From an uncultured Fidelibacterota bacterium (GTDB taxonomy: Bacteria > Fidelibacterota > Marinisomatia > Marinisomatales > Marinisomataceae), in assembly GCA_902629855.1 (NCBI GenBank), contig CACOSI010000003.1, forward strand, positions 78,721 to 142,720: 64,000 bases of DNA. The letters are read 5' to 3'. The position numbers were made by a program, and so were the translations under genes. This document shows, piece after piece, positions 1 to 9,314 of the stretch. The first letter of the stretch is position 1. Each line of letters opens with the position of its first letter. The notes below the pieces were generated by a model. That model was not told the DNA's origin, ran no database searches, and was given only the letters and a program-made list of their open reading frames with translations.

Positions 1-387
1 TTGGAGCCTCAACTATCTTTAAAAATTGATAATTCATCAAAATCAGCACTTGGAAAAGAGGTTCAAAATCAATTAAATGCTTATTTTAAAGGAAAGCTTA
101 AAAAATTTGATTTACCATTGAATATTTCTGGATCAGACTTTACAAAAAATGCTCTTAATGAAATACAAAAAATACCTTTTGGTAAAACTTCTACTTATAA
201 AAAAATTGCTGAAAAAATTAAAGAACCAAAATCAGCAAGAGCTGTTGGAAGGGTAAGTGGTGCAAATAAAATTCCCATTATAATTCCATGTCATCGCGTT
301 GTAGGAAGTTCTGGAGAACTTGTAGGTTATAGCGGAGGTGGAGGTTTATTATTTAAATCATATTTACAACTTTTGGAGAAAAAATGA
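1..387 (+). CDS. ogt: methylated-DNA-protein-cysteine methyltransferase (5' part probably outside window)
   Basis: Active-site IIIPCHRVV and ARAVG helix; frame open at window edge. Confidence 0.92.
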   Translation: MEPQLSLKIDNSSKSALGKEVQNQLNAYFKGKLKKFDLPLNISGSDFTKNALNEIQKIPFGKTSTYKKIAEKIKEPKSARAVGRVSGANKIPIIIPCHRVVGSSGELVGYSGGGGLLFKSYLQLLEKK

Positions 388-1361
388 TTAAAATTTTAAT
401 ACTATTTATCACTCTAGCATTCGCACAAGAAGACAATAATCATGAGCTTATTTATTTTGAAAGTGCAAATCCATTTTCATTTGAAGAAATTATTACAGAT
501 CTTGATAATCAAGAAAGACAGGAAGTTTTTGGAAAGCTAAAATTACCTAAAAATTTTGATAAAAATTTAAAGTATCCACTAATTATTGGAGTTGCTGGAA
601 GTTTAAACTGGGGTCCTCATCACTTAAAATATTTAGAAATGTATCGTTCATTAGGGTTTGCTACATTTCAATTACAAAGTTTCGATAGTAGAGATGTTCA
701 ATCTACAGTTGGTAGTCAGATAGAAGTTACCTCCGCAATGATGATTCTTGATAGTTACCTTGCTCTTGAAACGTTGTCAAAACATCCAAATATTGATATA
801 AATAGAGCTGGAATAACAGGGTGGAGCTTAGGAGGGACTGTGTCACTGTATTCTGCATGGATGCCTTTAATTAATTCAATTAATAATGGAGAATTTAGAT
901 TTGCTGCTCATTTACCAATTTATCCTGGGTGTTTAGCATATCCTTATCCTGATGAATCTATGATTTTTAGTCAAGCACCAGTACATATTTTGATTGGTGA
1001 GTTGGATGACTGGGTGCCAGCTTATGCATGTACAAATCTTCTTGATAAATTGAATGAAAGCGGGTTACCGCATAATATAGATATTACCATTTATGAAGAT
1101 GCTCATCACTCTTATGATAGAGAAATGGAGTTAACTACAATTGAGCACGGATATACGCTTGGAGATTGTTTCTTTCCAATGAATGATGAAGGTGCATTAT
1201 TTTTAAGTGAATTTTGGAATATTCCGATAAATACTCCTATAAGGCAAAAACTTGCACTGCTAACATGCGCAGGTAGAGGGCCAACAATGGGAGGTAATAA
1301 AGATGCTAGAGAAAAATCATTTAAGTTTTCGGCAGATTTTTTCATAGAAAACCTTAAATAA
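384..1361 (+). CDS. secreted dienelactone hydrolase-family alpha/beta hydrolase
   Basis: Signal peptide, GWSLGG nucleophile elbow, GELDDW, AHHSYD. Confidence 0.75.
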   Translation: MIKILILFITLAFAQEDNNHELIYFESANPFSFEEIITDLDNQERQEVFGKLKLPKNFDKNLKYPLIIGVAGSLNWGPHHLKYLEMYRSLGFATFQLQSFDSRDVQSTVGSQIEVTSAMMILDSYLALETLSKHPNIDINRAGITGWSLGGTVSLYSAWMPLINSINNGEFRFAAHLPIYPGCLAYPYPDESMIFSQAPVHILIGELDDWVPAYACTNLLDKLNESGLPHNIDITIYEDAHHSYDREMELTTIEHGYTLGDCFFPMNDEGALFLSEFWNIPINTPIRQKLALLTCAGRGPTMGGNKDAREKSFKFSADFFIENLK

Positions 1362-1417
1362 AAATTATTTTTTAACTAATAAACATTTTTTCAATTTTTT
1401 ATTATTATTTTAATATT

Positions 1418-3820
1418 ATGTTTTCAAGCAAAAAACCATTTCTATACTTATTGTTCGGTTTATTTTTCGTATTGTATTTAATGTATCAATCAATTTTTTC
1501 TCCGCCAGAAATTCAGTATGAAGGAATTAACAAAAAATTAAAATTAATTGATGATGTAGAAGTTTATTTCGATGATTATGGTGTTCCAAATATATTTGCA
1601 AAAAATGATTCCGATATGTTTAAAGTAGCTGGTTACGTCGGTGCTAGGGATAGATTATTCCAAATGGCCTTTATGAAATATGCATATAAAGGTCAATTAA
1701 GTTTAGTTTTGAATGATACACTTTTTGCTGAGGATAAGTTTCTTAGAACCCTAGGATTTGAAAAAATAGCAGTAAAAACATTAGAAAAAATTCCTCCTGA
1801 GATTATTAAACACTTAGAAGATACATGCGAAGGTATTAATGCTTATTCTCAAGAACTGGAACCAAAAAACTTTCCTTTAGAGTTTAAACTACTGCGCATC
1901 AAAGATTTACCTGTCTTTGAACCATTAGATATTGTTGCTTTATCCACCATGATGGCTTGGGAGCTTCAAGGTGGTTGGGATTCAGAATTATTTTTTGGAG
2001 CAATTAATGAACAGCTTGGCCCAGAATATTTAAATGATATCTTACCGCAATATGATCCAAATTTTGTTACGATTGCTAGTAATGACCTTTTAAAAGAGAG
2101 TTATCAAGATTATTCATCAATAACTAAAAATATTAGAGAAATCATGCATACAGACAGAGATGGTTACGGATCTAATGCTTGGGCCGTCTCAGGTAGTAAA
2201 ACAAGCTCTGGATTGCCATTATTAGCCAATGACCCTCATTTAAGTTACAACTTACCTCCATGGTGGTATGAAATTAGATTACAAAGTGATAATTACGACT
2301 TTGGAGGGTATGGATTATATGGATTTCCTTTACCAGTAATTGGACATAATAAAGATATAGGTTGGGGTTTCACCAATGTTATGACAGATGACATGGATTT
2401 TTATATTGAAACACTCAATGAAGATCAAACAAAATATATGCTTGATGATAAGTGGGTTGACTTAAAAATTGAAGAGGAAGAAATTAATCTTGAATCTGGA
2501 AATAAAAGAAAAATCGTAATTAAATCAACTCACAGAGGACCTATAATCAGCGGAGTTCATAGTGACGCGAAAAACCTTAATAAAGCAATTTCTTTTAGAT
2601 GGACTGAATTTGATGCTTTTGATGAAACCACTGCATTGTTTATGCTTGCTAAAGCTAAAAATTGGCAAGATTTAAATGAGGCTTCAAAGCTTTTTGGTGC
2701 TCCGGGTCAAAATTGGACTTTTGCTGATAAAAATGGAAATATTGGATGGAGACCATCTTCAAAAATTCCTATCAGAAAAAACGCTGAAATGTTAATTCCG
2801 TTTGACGGTAGCACTTCTGAATTTGACTGGAAAGGCTATGTGCCATTTGAAAAAATGCCATTCTTGTACAATCCGCCCAAAGGATACATTTCAAATGGTA
2901 ATAATAAAATTATTAGTGATGATTACCCATTTTATATTTCTCGCTATTGGGCCGATCCTAGCAGAGGAGAACAAATCAAAAGGAGGCTTGAAGAAAAAGA
3001 TTCTTATAACATTGAGGACATGAAATCAATTTTAAATGATATTAATTCTCCGTTTGGAGAGGAATATGCTCCATTATTTATTAAAAATTATTCTGAGGGC
3101 TTTTCTGATGAGGGAGATATAATATTAAATTTATTAAATGATTGGGATGGAGTAGAATCTTTAGACTCATCTGCAGCAGTTGCTTTTCATAGCGTCTATC
3201 TTCATCTGATACAAAATTTATTTCAAGATGAATTATCTAATCTTGGAGAAGACACTGCATTTGATTCATTTTACAGCCTAAAATACATTCGCTCATTGGC
3301 AATTAGGAGAATTCTTGACGGTCAACCTTCTTTGTGGATTGATAATGTTCTTTCAGATAAAAAAGAGAATTTAAATGATATTGTGAATGAGTCTTTTCAT
3401 GATGCTTATAATTTCCTGTCAGAAAATTTAGGAAATCCAAAAGAACTAACTTGGGGCAAAGTTCATCAGGTTACATATAGACATCGATTGGATGGAGATC
3501 CAATTGTTAAAAAATTGATTAATTTTAGTGTGGGTCCCTACCCAATGTCTGGTTCTGGATTCACACCAAGGGCAGCAAGTTATTCTGTTAGTAAGCCATT
3601 TGAAGTTAGAGCAGGATCATCTATGAGGCGAATAATTGATTTTTCTAATTTTGATAATGGTTTGAGCATACTGCCAACTGGACAATCAGGTCAATTCAAC
3701 TCTTTACATTATAAAGATCAAACAGAAAAATATAATAAAGGAGAATTTAAACCATTTAAATTTTCCAAGGAAGCTATCCAGTCAAGCTCACACAGAAAAC
3801 TCATTTTCCAAAGTAAATAA
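1418..3820 (+). CDS. penicillin acylase-family Ntn hydrolase, N-terminal membrane anchor
   Basis: DDYGVPNIFA, DRLFQM, G|SNAWAV autocleavage site, LANDPHL, PTGQSG. Confidence 0.9.
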   Translation: MFSSKKPFLYLLFGLFFVLYLMYQSIFSPPEIQYEGINKKLKLIDDVEVYFDDYGVPNIFAKNDSDMFKVAGYVGARDRLFQMAFMKYAYKGQLSLVLNDTLFAEDKFLRTLGFEKIAVKTLEKIPPEIIKHLEDTCEGINAYSQELEPKNFPLEFKLLRIKDLPVFEPLDIVALSTMMAWELQGGWDSELFFGAINEQLGPEYLNDILPQYDPNFVTIASNDLLKESYQDYSSITKNIREIMHTDRDGYGSNAWAVSGSKTSSGLPLLANDPHLSYNLPPWWYEIRLQSDNYDFGGYGLYGFPLPVIGHNKDIGWGFTNVMTDDMDFYIETLNEDQTKYMLDDKWVDLKIEEEEINLESGNKRKIVIKSTHRGPIISGVHSDAKNLNKAISFRWTEFDAFDETTALFMLAKAKNWQDLNEASKLFGAPGQNWTFADKNGNIGWRPSSKIPIRKNAEMLIPFDGSTSEFDWKGYVPFEKMPFLYNPPKGYISNGNNKIISDDYPFYISRYWADPSRGEQIKRRLEEKDSYNIEDMKSILNDINSPFGEEYAPLFIKNYSEGFSDEGDIILNLLNDWDGVESLDSSAAVAFHSVYLHLIQNLFQDELSNLGEDTAFDSFYSLKYIRSLAIRRILDGQPSLWIDNVLSDKKENLNDIVNESFHDAYNFLSENLGNPKELTWGKVHQVTYRHRLDGDPIVKKLINFSVGPYPMSGSGFTPRAASYSVSKPFEVRAGSSMRRIIDFSNFDNGLSILPTGQSGQFNSLHYKDQTEKYNKGEFKPFKFSKEAIQSSSHRKLIFQSK

Positions 3821-3830
3821 AATATTTATC

Positions 3831-3859
3831 TTGAATACATCTAATTGCATACTTAAACT
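3831..3859 (+). promoter_or_regulatory. sigma70-like promoter of the aro leader
   Basis: TTGAAT (3831-3836), 17-nt spacer, TAAACT (3854-3859); expected +1 falls at about 3866, the leader ATG. Confidence 0.6.
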
Positions 3860-3865
3860 AGGTTA

Positions 3866-3925
3866 ATGAACAATTTTTATAACTTTTATTTTTATTTTGA
3901 AAGAAGGGGGACTGTAGGCGCCTAA
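3866..3925 (+). CDS. Phe/Tyr-rich attenuator leader peptide, MNNFYNFYFYFERRGTVGA
   Basis: Hand translation: ATG 3866 to TAA 3925, 7 of 8 consecutive codons are TTT or TAT; lies upstream of a terminator and Phe/Tyr biosynthesis genes. Confidence 0.88.
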   Translation: MNNFYNFYFYFERRGTVGA

Positions 3926-3957
3926 AGATAAACTTATATTGCAACTACACGAACCCT
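3905..3957 (+). promoter_or_regulatory. putative antiterminator helix of the attenuator
   Basis: AGGG 3905-3908 pairs CCCT 3954-3957, TGTAG 3913-3917 pairs CTACA 3945-3949, GCG 3918-3920 pairs TGC 3940-3942; overlaps the 5' arm of the terminator. Confidence 0.65.
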
Positions 3958-3980
3958 AGCAAAACCCGCTGGGGTTTTTT
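3952..3980 (+). terminator. attenuator intrinsic terminator
   Basis: AACCCTAGC-AAAACCC-GCTGGGGTT stem-loop (one G.U) running into a T6 tract (3975-3980), located before the first structural gene. Confidence 0.85.
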
Positions 3981-3997
3981 GTTATATGGAGGTAATT

Positions 3998-4258
3998 ATG
4001 AATGAAGAAATACTAAAAAAAAGAGAAATTATTGATAGCGTAGATAGTAAAATTTTTGATTTATTACTTGAAAGATTAGATGCTGTCAATTCTATTGGTT
4101 ATTTAAAAAAGCAAGAAGGTTTACCAGTTTTAGATCAAGAAAGAGAAAATGCAATCTATGCAAAAATTGATGCAAAATTCTCAATAGTTGAGTCTTCTTT
4201 TTTAAAGCCAATTTATAGAACAATTATAACCGAATCGAAGAAAGTAGAGGAGTTGTAA
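3998..4258 (+). CDS. monofunctional chorismate mutase (AroQ class, CM_2)
   Basis: REIIDSVDSKIFDLLLER, IGYLKK, VLDQERE, ITESK; start moved to ATG 3998 behind GGAGG. Confidence 0.88.
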   Translation: MNEEILKKREIIDSVDSKIFDLLLERLDAVNSIGYLKKQEGLPVLDQERENAIYAKIDAKFSIVESSFLKPIYRTIITESKKVEEL

Positions 4259-5598
4259 TGACAAAATGGTCAAAAGATTCTTGGAAAGAATTTAAAATAA
4301 AACATATACCGGAATACAAAGATCCAAGGCAACTGGAAAAAGCTTTAAAAAAGTTAGAAGGATTTCCCCCTCTAGTTTTTGCAGGTGAATGTAGAAATTT
4401 AAAAGAAGATTTAGCTAAAGCTACAAATGGTGAAGCATTTTTAGTCCAAGGAGGTGACTGCGCTGAAAGTTTTAAAGAATTTAATGCAAATAATATCAGA
4501 GACACCTTTCGAGTAATTTTACAAATGAGTGCTGTTATCACTGCTAAATTAAAGGTTCCTGTGATCAAGCTTGGAAGAATTGCAGGTCAATTTGCTAAGC
4601 CAAGAACATCTGATCATGAAACAATTAATGGAGAAAGATTAAACAGTTATTACGGTGATTCAATAAATGATATTGAATTTTCAGCTGAAAAACGTGAACC
4701 TAATCCTGCTAGACTTCTTAGAGCATACTCACAATCTGCCTCAACACTAAACCTGTTAAGATCATTCGCGCAAGGGGGATTTGCCAATCTAAGAAAAGTA
4801 AACTCATGGAATATGGGTTTTGTAAAAGCAAGTAAAGAGGGAAAAAAATATGAAAAAATTGCAGCTAAGATTAATGAATATTTAGATTTTATGGATGCTG
4901 TAGGTGTAAATACTTCAAAAGTAATTGATTTAAATACAGTTGAGTTCTTCACAAGCCATGAAGGCTTGCATCTTCCATATGAATCTGCATTAACTCGAGT
5001 TGATTCACTCACTAATGAGGTTTATTGTACTTCAGCACATTTTATATGGATTGGCGATAGAACTCGCTTTATAGATAGTGCACATGTAGAATTTTGTAGA
5101 GGAATAAGCAATCCAATTGGTATCAAGTGTGGCCCAAGTTTGGAACCAAAAGAATTAATAAAAATTATAGAAAAAATTAACCCAGAAAATCAAGCTGGAA
5201 AAATTTCACTAATTTTTAGATATGGTGAAAACAATATAGATAAATATTTACCAAAACTCGTTGATGAAATCATCAAAAATAAGAAAAAAGTTCTGTGGAT
5301 TTCTGATCCTATGCACGGAAATACAGTGAAATCCTCATCAGGCCTAAAAACTCGTGATTTTAATGCTTTACTAAAAGAAACATCAAAGTCTATTAAAATT
5401 TTAAAAAAGAAAGGATGTCATTTAGGAGGAATTCATCTTGAAATGACAGGTCAAAACGTTACTGAGTGCACAGGAGGAATCTATAAACTAGGTGATGATG
5501 ATCTTAATTCAAGATACCATACGCATTGTGACCCAAGATTGAATGCTAATCAAGCGTTAGAGCTCTCTTTCAATATTGCAGAGGAGCTACAAGGTTAA
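4258..5598 (+). CDS. class II DAHP synthase
   Basis: QGGDCAESF, GRIAGQFAKPR, WIGDRTR, DPMHGNT, CDPRLN. Confidence 0.95.
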   Translation: MTKWSKDSWKEFKIKHIPEYKDPRQLEKALKKLEGFPPLVFAGECRNLKEDLAKATNGEAFLVQGGDCAESFKEFNANNIRDTFRVILQMSAVITAKLKVPVIKLGRIAGQFAKPRTSDHETINGERLNSYYGDSINDIEFSAEKREPNPARLLRAYSQSASTLNLLRSFAQGGFANLRKVNSWNMGFVKASKEGKKYEKIAAKINEYLDFMDAVGVNTSKVIDLNTVEFFTSHEGLHLPYESALTRVDSLTNEVYCTSAHFIWIGDRTRFIDSAHVEFCRGISNPIGIKCGPSLEPKELIKIIEKINPENQAGKISLIFRYGENNIDKYLPKLVDEIIKNKKKVLWISDPMHGNTVKSSSGLKTRDFNALLKETSKSIKILKKKGCHLGGIHLEMTGQNVTECTGGIYKLGDDDLNSRYHTHCDPRLNANQALELSFNIAEELQG

Positions 5599-6849
5599 AT
5601 GCTAGTTCAAGGTACATTGCAACTTCCAGGAGATAAATCTATTTCTCATAGAGCAATTATGCTTTCGGCCATAGCTGATGGAGTTAGTTATGTTAAAAAT
5701 TTAAATGATGGAGCTGATCTGCAATCAACAATTAATATTTTAAGGGATTGTGGAGCTTCGATTGATCATAAGGAGGATGAGCTCGTAATAAATGGAAAAA
5801 AACTTCATTCTCCATCCAAAGATCTTGATTGTGGCAATTCAGGCACTACCACTAGACTGGTTGCAGGATTATTAGCTTCTCAAAAATTAACATTCTCATT
5901 AATTGGAGATGAATCATTATCAAAAAGACCAATGAAGCGAATAATTACACCTTTAAAATCAATGGGATGTAAAATTTCCTCAAATAATGGATTATTGCCT
6001 TTGTCAATAGATGCTTCTGATGGCACTAGCGCTATAGACTTTGATATGAAAGTTGCGAGCGCACAGGTGAAATCATGTATACTTTTTTCCGCGTTAGGCG
6101 GAAATAATGTATCAAGTATTAATGAGATTATTCCAACGAGAAATCATTCTGAGATTATGTTAAAAAATATGGGAGCATCAATTGAAAGAGAAGGAAGTAA
6201 AATTATAGTTCATCCGCTTAAATCCAAATTAAAGCCGATTGATATTTCTATACCCTCAGATCCATCTTCAGCCGCCTTTTTTGCTGCTTTAGCAGTCATT
6301 AATAATAATTCAAATTTAAAGTTGACTAATGTATTGCTTAACGAGTCTAGAATTGGATTTGTTGAAGTTCTTAATGAAATGAATTGTTTAATATCAAAAT
6401 CAAATGAATCAATTCACAATGGTGAAAAAGTTGGAGATTTAACTATTAGTTCATCTAATCTTAAAGCAATAGAAATTGAATCAGAAACTATACCATCAAT
6501 TATTGATGAAGTACCAGTACTAGCGGTTGTAGCGGCTTTTGCAAACGGCACAACAGTTTTTAAAAATGTTGAAGAGTTAAAATATAAAGAATGTGATAGA
6601 TTAAGCGCAATTATACATAATCTAGAAGCATTTGGAATCAAGGCATATGAAAAAAATAATGATTTATTTGTCGAGGGTGGTAAGGTAAAAAGAATGCCTA
6701 AAATAACTTCGTTTGATGATCATAGAATTGCTATGGCATTTACAATTTTAAGTCTTACTTCTTTTGAAAAATATGAGCTTGATAATGAGAAATGTGTTGA
6801 TATTTCATTACCAAAATTTTTCAATTATCTTAGTGAGATAACCAAATGA
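5599..6849 (+). CDS. aroA: EPSP synthase
   Basis: LPGDKSISHRA, CGNSGTT, ASAQVKS, KECDRL, DDHRIAM. Confidence 0.96.
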   Translation: MLVQGTLQLPGDKSISHRAIMLSAIADGVSYVKNLNDGADLQSTINILRDCGASIDHKEDELVINGKKLHSPSKDLDCGNSGTTTRLVAGLLASQKLTFSLIGDESLSKRPMKRIITPLKSMGCKISSNNGLLPLSIDASDGTSAIDFDMKVASAQVKSCILFSALGGNNVSSINEIIPTRNHSEIMLKNMGASIEREGSKIIVHPLKSKLKPIDISIPSDPSSAAFFAALAVINNNSNLKLTNVLLNESRIGFVEVLNEMNCLISKSNESIHNGEKVGDLTISSSNLKAIEIESETIPSIIDEVPVLAVVAAFANGTTVFKNVEELKYKECDRLSAIIHNLEAFGIKAYEKNNDLFVEGGKVKRMPKITSFDDHRIAMAFTILSLTSFEKYELDNEKCVDISLPKFFNYLSEITK

Positions 6850-7664
6850 AATTTGCAGTTATAGGAAATCCAATTGATAAAAGTTTAAGCCCTCAGCTTC
6901 ATGAAATTCTTTATGAGAAATTAAATATTTTGAACTGTTCTTTTAAAAAAATTCATTTAGAAAATGATAAACTAGATAATTTTTTTAAAAATGATTTTGA
7001 TTTATTTGATGGAATAAATGTTACAATACCATTTAAAAGTAAAGTAGTAAAATTTTTGAATTCTATTGATAATGAAGCAAAAATTTTAGGTAATGTAAAT
7101 TGTATTTCAAAATCAAATAATATGATTTGTGGATTTAATACTGATAAGTATGGATTTGATATGCTACTAAATAAAAATGAAATAGTTGTTGAGGGAAGTA
7201 GCTGTATTGTTCTTGGGGCTGGATCATCCTCAAAAACAGTAGTTAAATGCTTAATTGACCAAGGAGTTGGTAGGATTATTATAAAAAATAGATCTTTAGA
7301 TAATGCTAGGGATATTAAAAATTTTGCTTATAGCCTTGGATTTAAAAATATTGAGTTATTTAATTTAAATTTTCCCAGTTTTGATATTGCAATCAATACA
7401 ACCCCAATAGGAATGTATAAGGAAGATAAAGACAACTTTTTTCACATACCTGTTGATAAAAACACAACAATTATAGACCTTATTTATACTTCAAAAGAAA
7501 CATTATTTTTGAGAAAATTTGATCAGTGCTCCCAAAAAGTAAATGGTCTTGATATGTTTATTTACCAGGCTTTGAAGTCTATTGAAATTTGGAGAGAAAC
7601 TAACTATAATTTGGATTCACAGATTGAATCTGTGAGAAAACAATTGGAGAATATAAAATGTTAA
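6846..7664 (+). CDS. aroE: shikimate dehydrogenase
   Basis: SLSPQLH, NVTIPFK, NTDKYGF, GAGS, NTTPIGM, GLDMFIYQA. Confidence 0.92.
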   Translation: MKFAVIGNPIDKSLSPQLHEILYEKLNILNCSFKKIHLENDKLDNFFKNDFDLFDGINVTIPFKSKVVKFLNSIDNEAKILGNVNCISKSNNMICGFNTDKYGFDMLLNKNEIVVEGSSCIVLGAGSSSKTVVKCLIDQGVGRIIIKNRSLDNARDIKNFAYSLGFKNIELFNLNFPSFDIAINTTPIGMYKEDKDNFFHIPVDKNTTIIDLIYTSKETLFLRKFDQCSQKVNGLDMFIYQALKSIEIWRETNYNLDSQIESVRKQLENIKC

Positions 7665-8818
7665 AAAAAATATCATACATGACTGCTGGAGAATCACATG
7701 GTAAAGGTTTAATAGGTATTATTGAGGGAATTCCTGCAGGTCTTCTATTGACAGAAGAATATATTGCAATAGACCTTTTAAGAAGGATGCAAGGTCATGG
7801 AAGAGGTGGTAGGATGAAAATTGAAAAAGACTTTGCAGAAATTTTTTCAGGTGTTAGACACGAGAAAACACTTGGTTCTCCAATTTCACTCATAATTAAG
7901 AATTTGGATTGGGTAAATTGGGAGGACAGGATGGCAGTCGGCAAACCTGAAAAAGAACATAAGAAGATTTCTATGCCTCGTCCTGGACATGCTGATTTAG
8001 CTGGTATGATGAAATATGATTTTGATGATTTAAGAAATGTTCTTGAGCGCTCATCTGCAAGGGAAACAGCTATGAGAGTTGCAATAGGCGCTATTTGTAA
8101 AAGACTTTTAGAAGAGGTTGGGATTCTCATTGGCAGTAGAGTTTATCAAATTCATGATATCGTTGATAAAACGCCTGTTTCAGCAAATATGTTATTAAAA
8201 GATTTGAATGATACCGCCGACGCATCTGCTGTTAGATGTCTAGATAAAGATATTGAGGCTAAGATGATTGAAGTAATTGATACTGCAAAGCGTAATGGGG
8301 ACTCTGTTGGTGGATCATTTGAGGTAGTAGCATCAGGATTACCTTATGGCTTAGGCTCATACATAAATGCTGATGGCAAACTACAAGCTCGAATAACTCA
8401 AGCTATGATGTCAGTTAATGCTTTTAAAGGTGTTGAGCTAGGAGCGGGCTTTGCTTCGAGTGCAGCTTTTGGTAGCGAACTTCATGATGAAATACTTCTT
8501 GAAGATAATAAAATTACGCGTTCTAGCAATAATGCCGGAGGTATTGAAGGTGGAATGAGCAATGCTCAACCTATTCATGTAAAAGTAAGTATGAAACCTC
8601 TATCTACTTTAGTTAAACCTTTAAAGTCAATTGATTTAGAGAAAATGGAACCAGTATTAGCTCATAAAGAAAGGACAGATTCGTGTGCTGTTCCAGCAGC
8701 GTCTATTATTGGTGAAAGTATGTTAGCCATTGTTTTAGCAGATGCACTATTAGAAAAATTTGGTGGCGATAGTATAGAACAACTCAAAAAGCACATTAAA
8801 AGTAGTGGAAGATATTAA
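7658..8818 (+). CDS. aroC: chorismate synthase
   Basis: TAGESHG, PRPGHADL, ERSSARETA, NNAGGIEGG. Confidence 0.97.
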   Translation: MLKKISYMTAGESHGKGLIGIIEGIPAGLLLTEEYIAIDLLRRMQGHGRGGRMKIEKDFAEIFSGVRHEKTLGSPISLIIKNLDWVNWEDRMAVGKPEKEHKKISMPRPGHADLAGMMKYDFDDLRNVLERSSARETAMRVAIGAICKRLLEEVGILIGSRVYQIHDIVDKTPVSANMLLKDLNDTADASAVRCLDKDIEAKMIEVIDTAKRNGDSVGGSFEVVASGLPYGLGSYINADGKLQARITQAMMSVNAFKGVELGAGFASSAAFGSELHDEILLEDNKITRSSNNAGGIEGGMSNAQPIHVKVSMKPLSTLVKPLKSIDLEKMEPVLAHKERTDSCAVPAASIIGESMLAIVLADALLEKFGGDSIEQLKKHIKSSGRY

Positions 8819-9314
8819 AAATATTTACATGATTGGCATGATGGGTTCTGGTAAATCGTCCGTTGGAGAACTGTTGTCGAGAAGAATGAGTTGGAAATTT
8901 ATTGATTTTGATCAAGAAATAGAAAATGATGAAAAATGTACAATAAATGAAATTTTTAGCGAGAATGAGAGCAGATTTAGAAAATTAGAAACAAAAAAAA
9001 TTCATGAACTCAAGGACTTCAATAGAACTATTTTTTCGACGGGTGGTGGGATTGTTATGAATAAGAAAAACTATGATTTACTTTCAAATTCATTCTGTAT
9101 TTACTTAAAAACTTCTATCAGCGAAATCTTGAAGCGAATCGAGCAAGATAATTCAAGACCTTTAATTAAAAATAAAAAGTTAGAAACGCTAAATAATATT
9201 GAAAAAGAAAGACAAAACGTATATAGCTCTTTAGCTGATTTAACTATAAATACTGATAACAAATCTATTGATGAAATCTGTAGTATTATTGAGGAAAAAA
9301 TCAATGTCAAATAA
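8805..9314 (+). CDS. aroK: shikimate kinase
   Basis: GMMGSGKS, ESRFRKLE, STGGG, RPL. Confidence 0.93.
   Translation: MEDIKNIYMIGMMGSGKSSVGELLSRRMSWKFIDFDQEIENDEKCTINEIFSENESRFRKLETKKIHELKDFNRTIFSTGGGIVMNKKNYDLLSNSFCIYLKTSISEILKRIEQDNSRPLIKNKKLETLNNIEKERQNVYSSLADLTINTDNKSIDEICSIIEEKINVK

Noticed and set aside
3821-3997. T-box or metabolite riboswitch upstream of the aro operon
   Set aside because: Too short, no T-box AAGGTGGTACC motif; the leader-peptide model explains the sequence.
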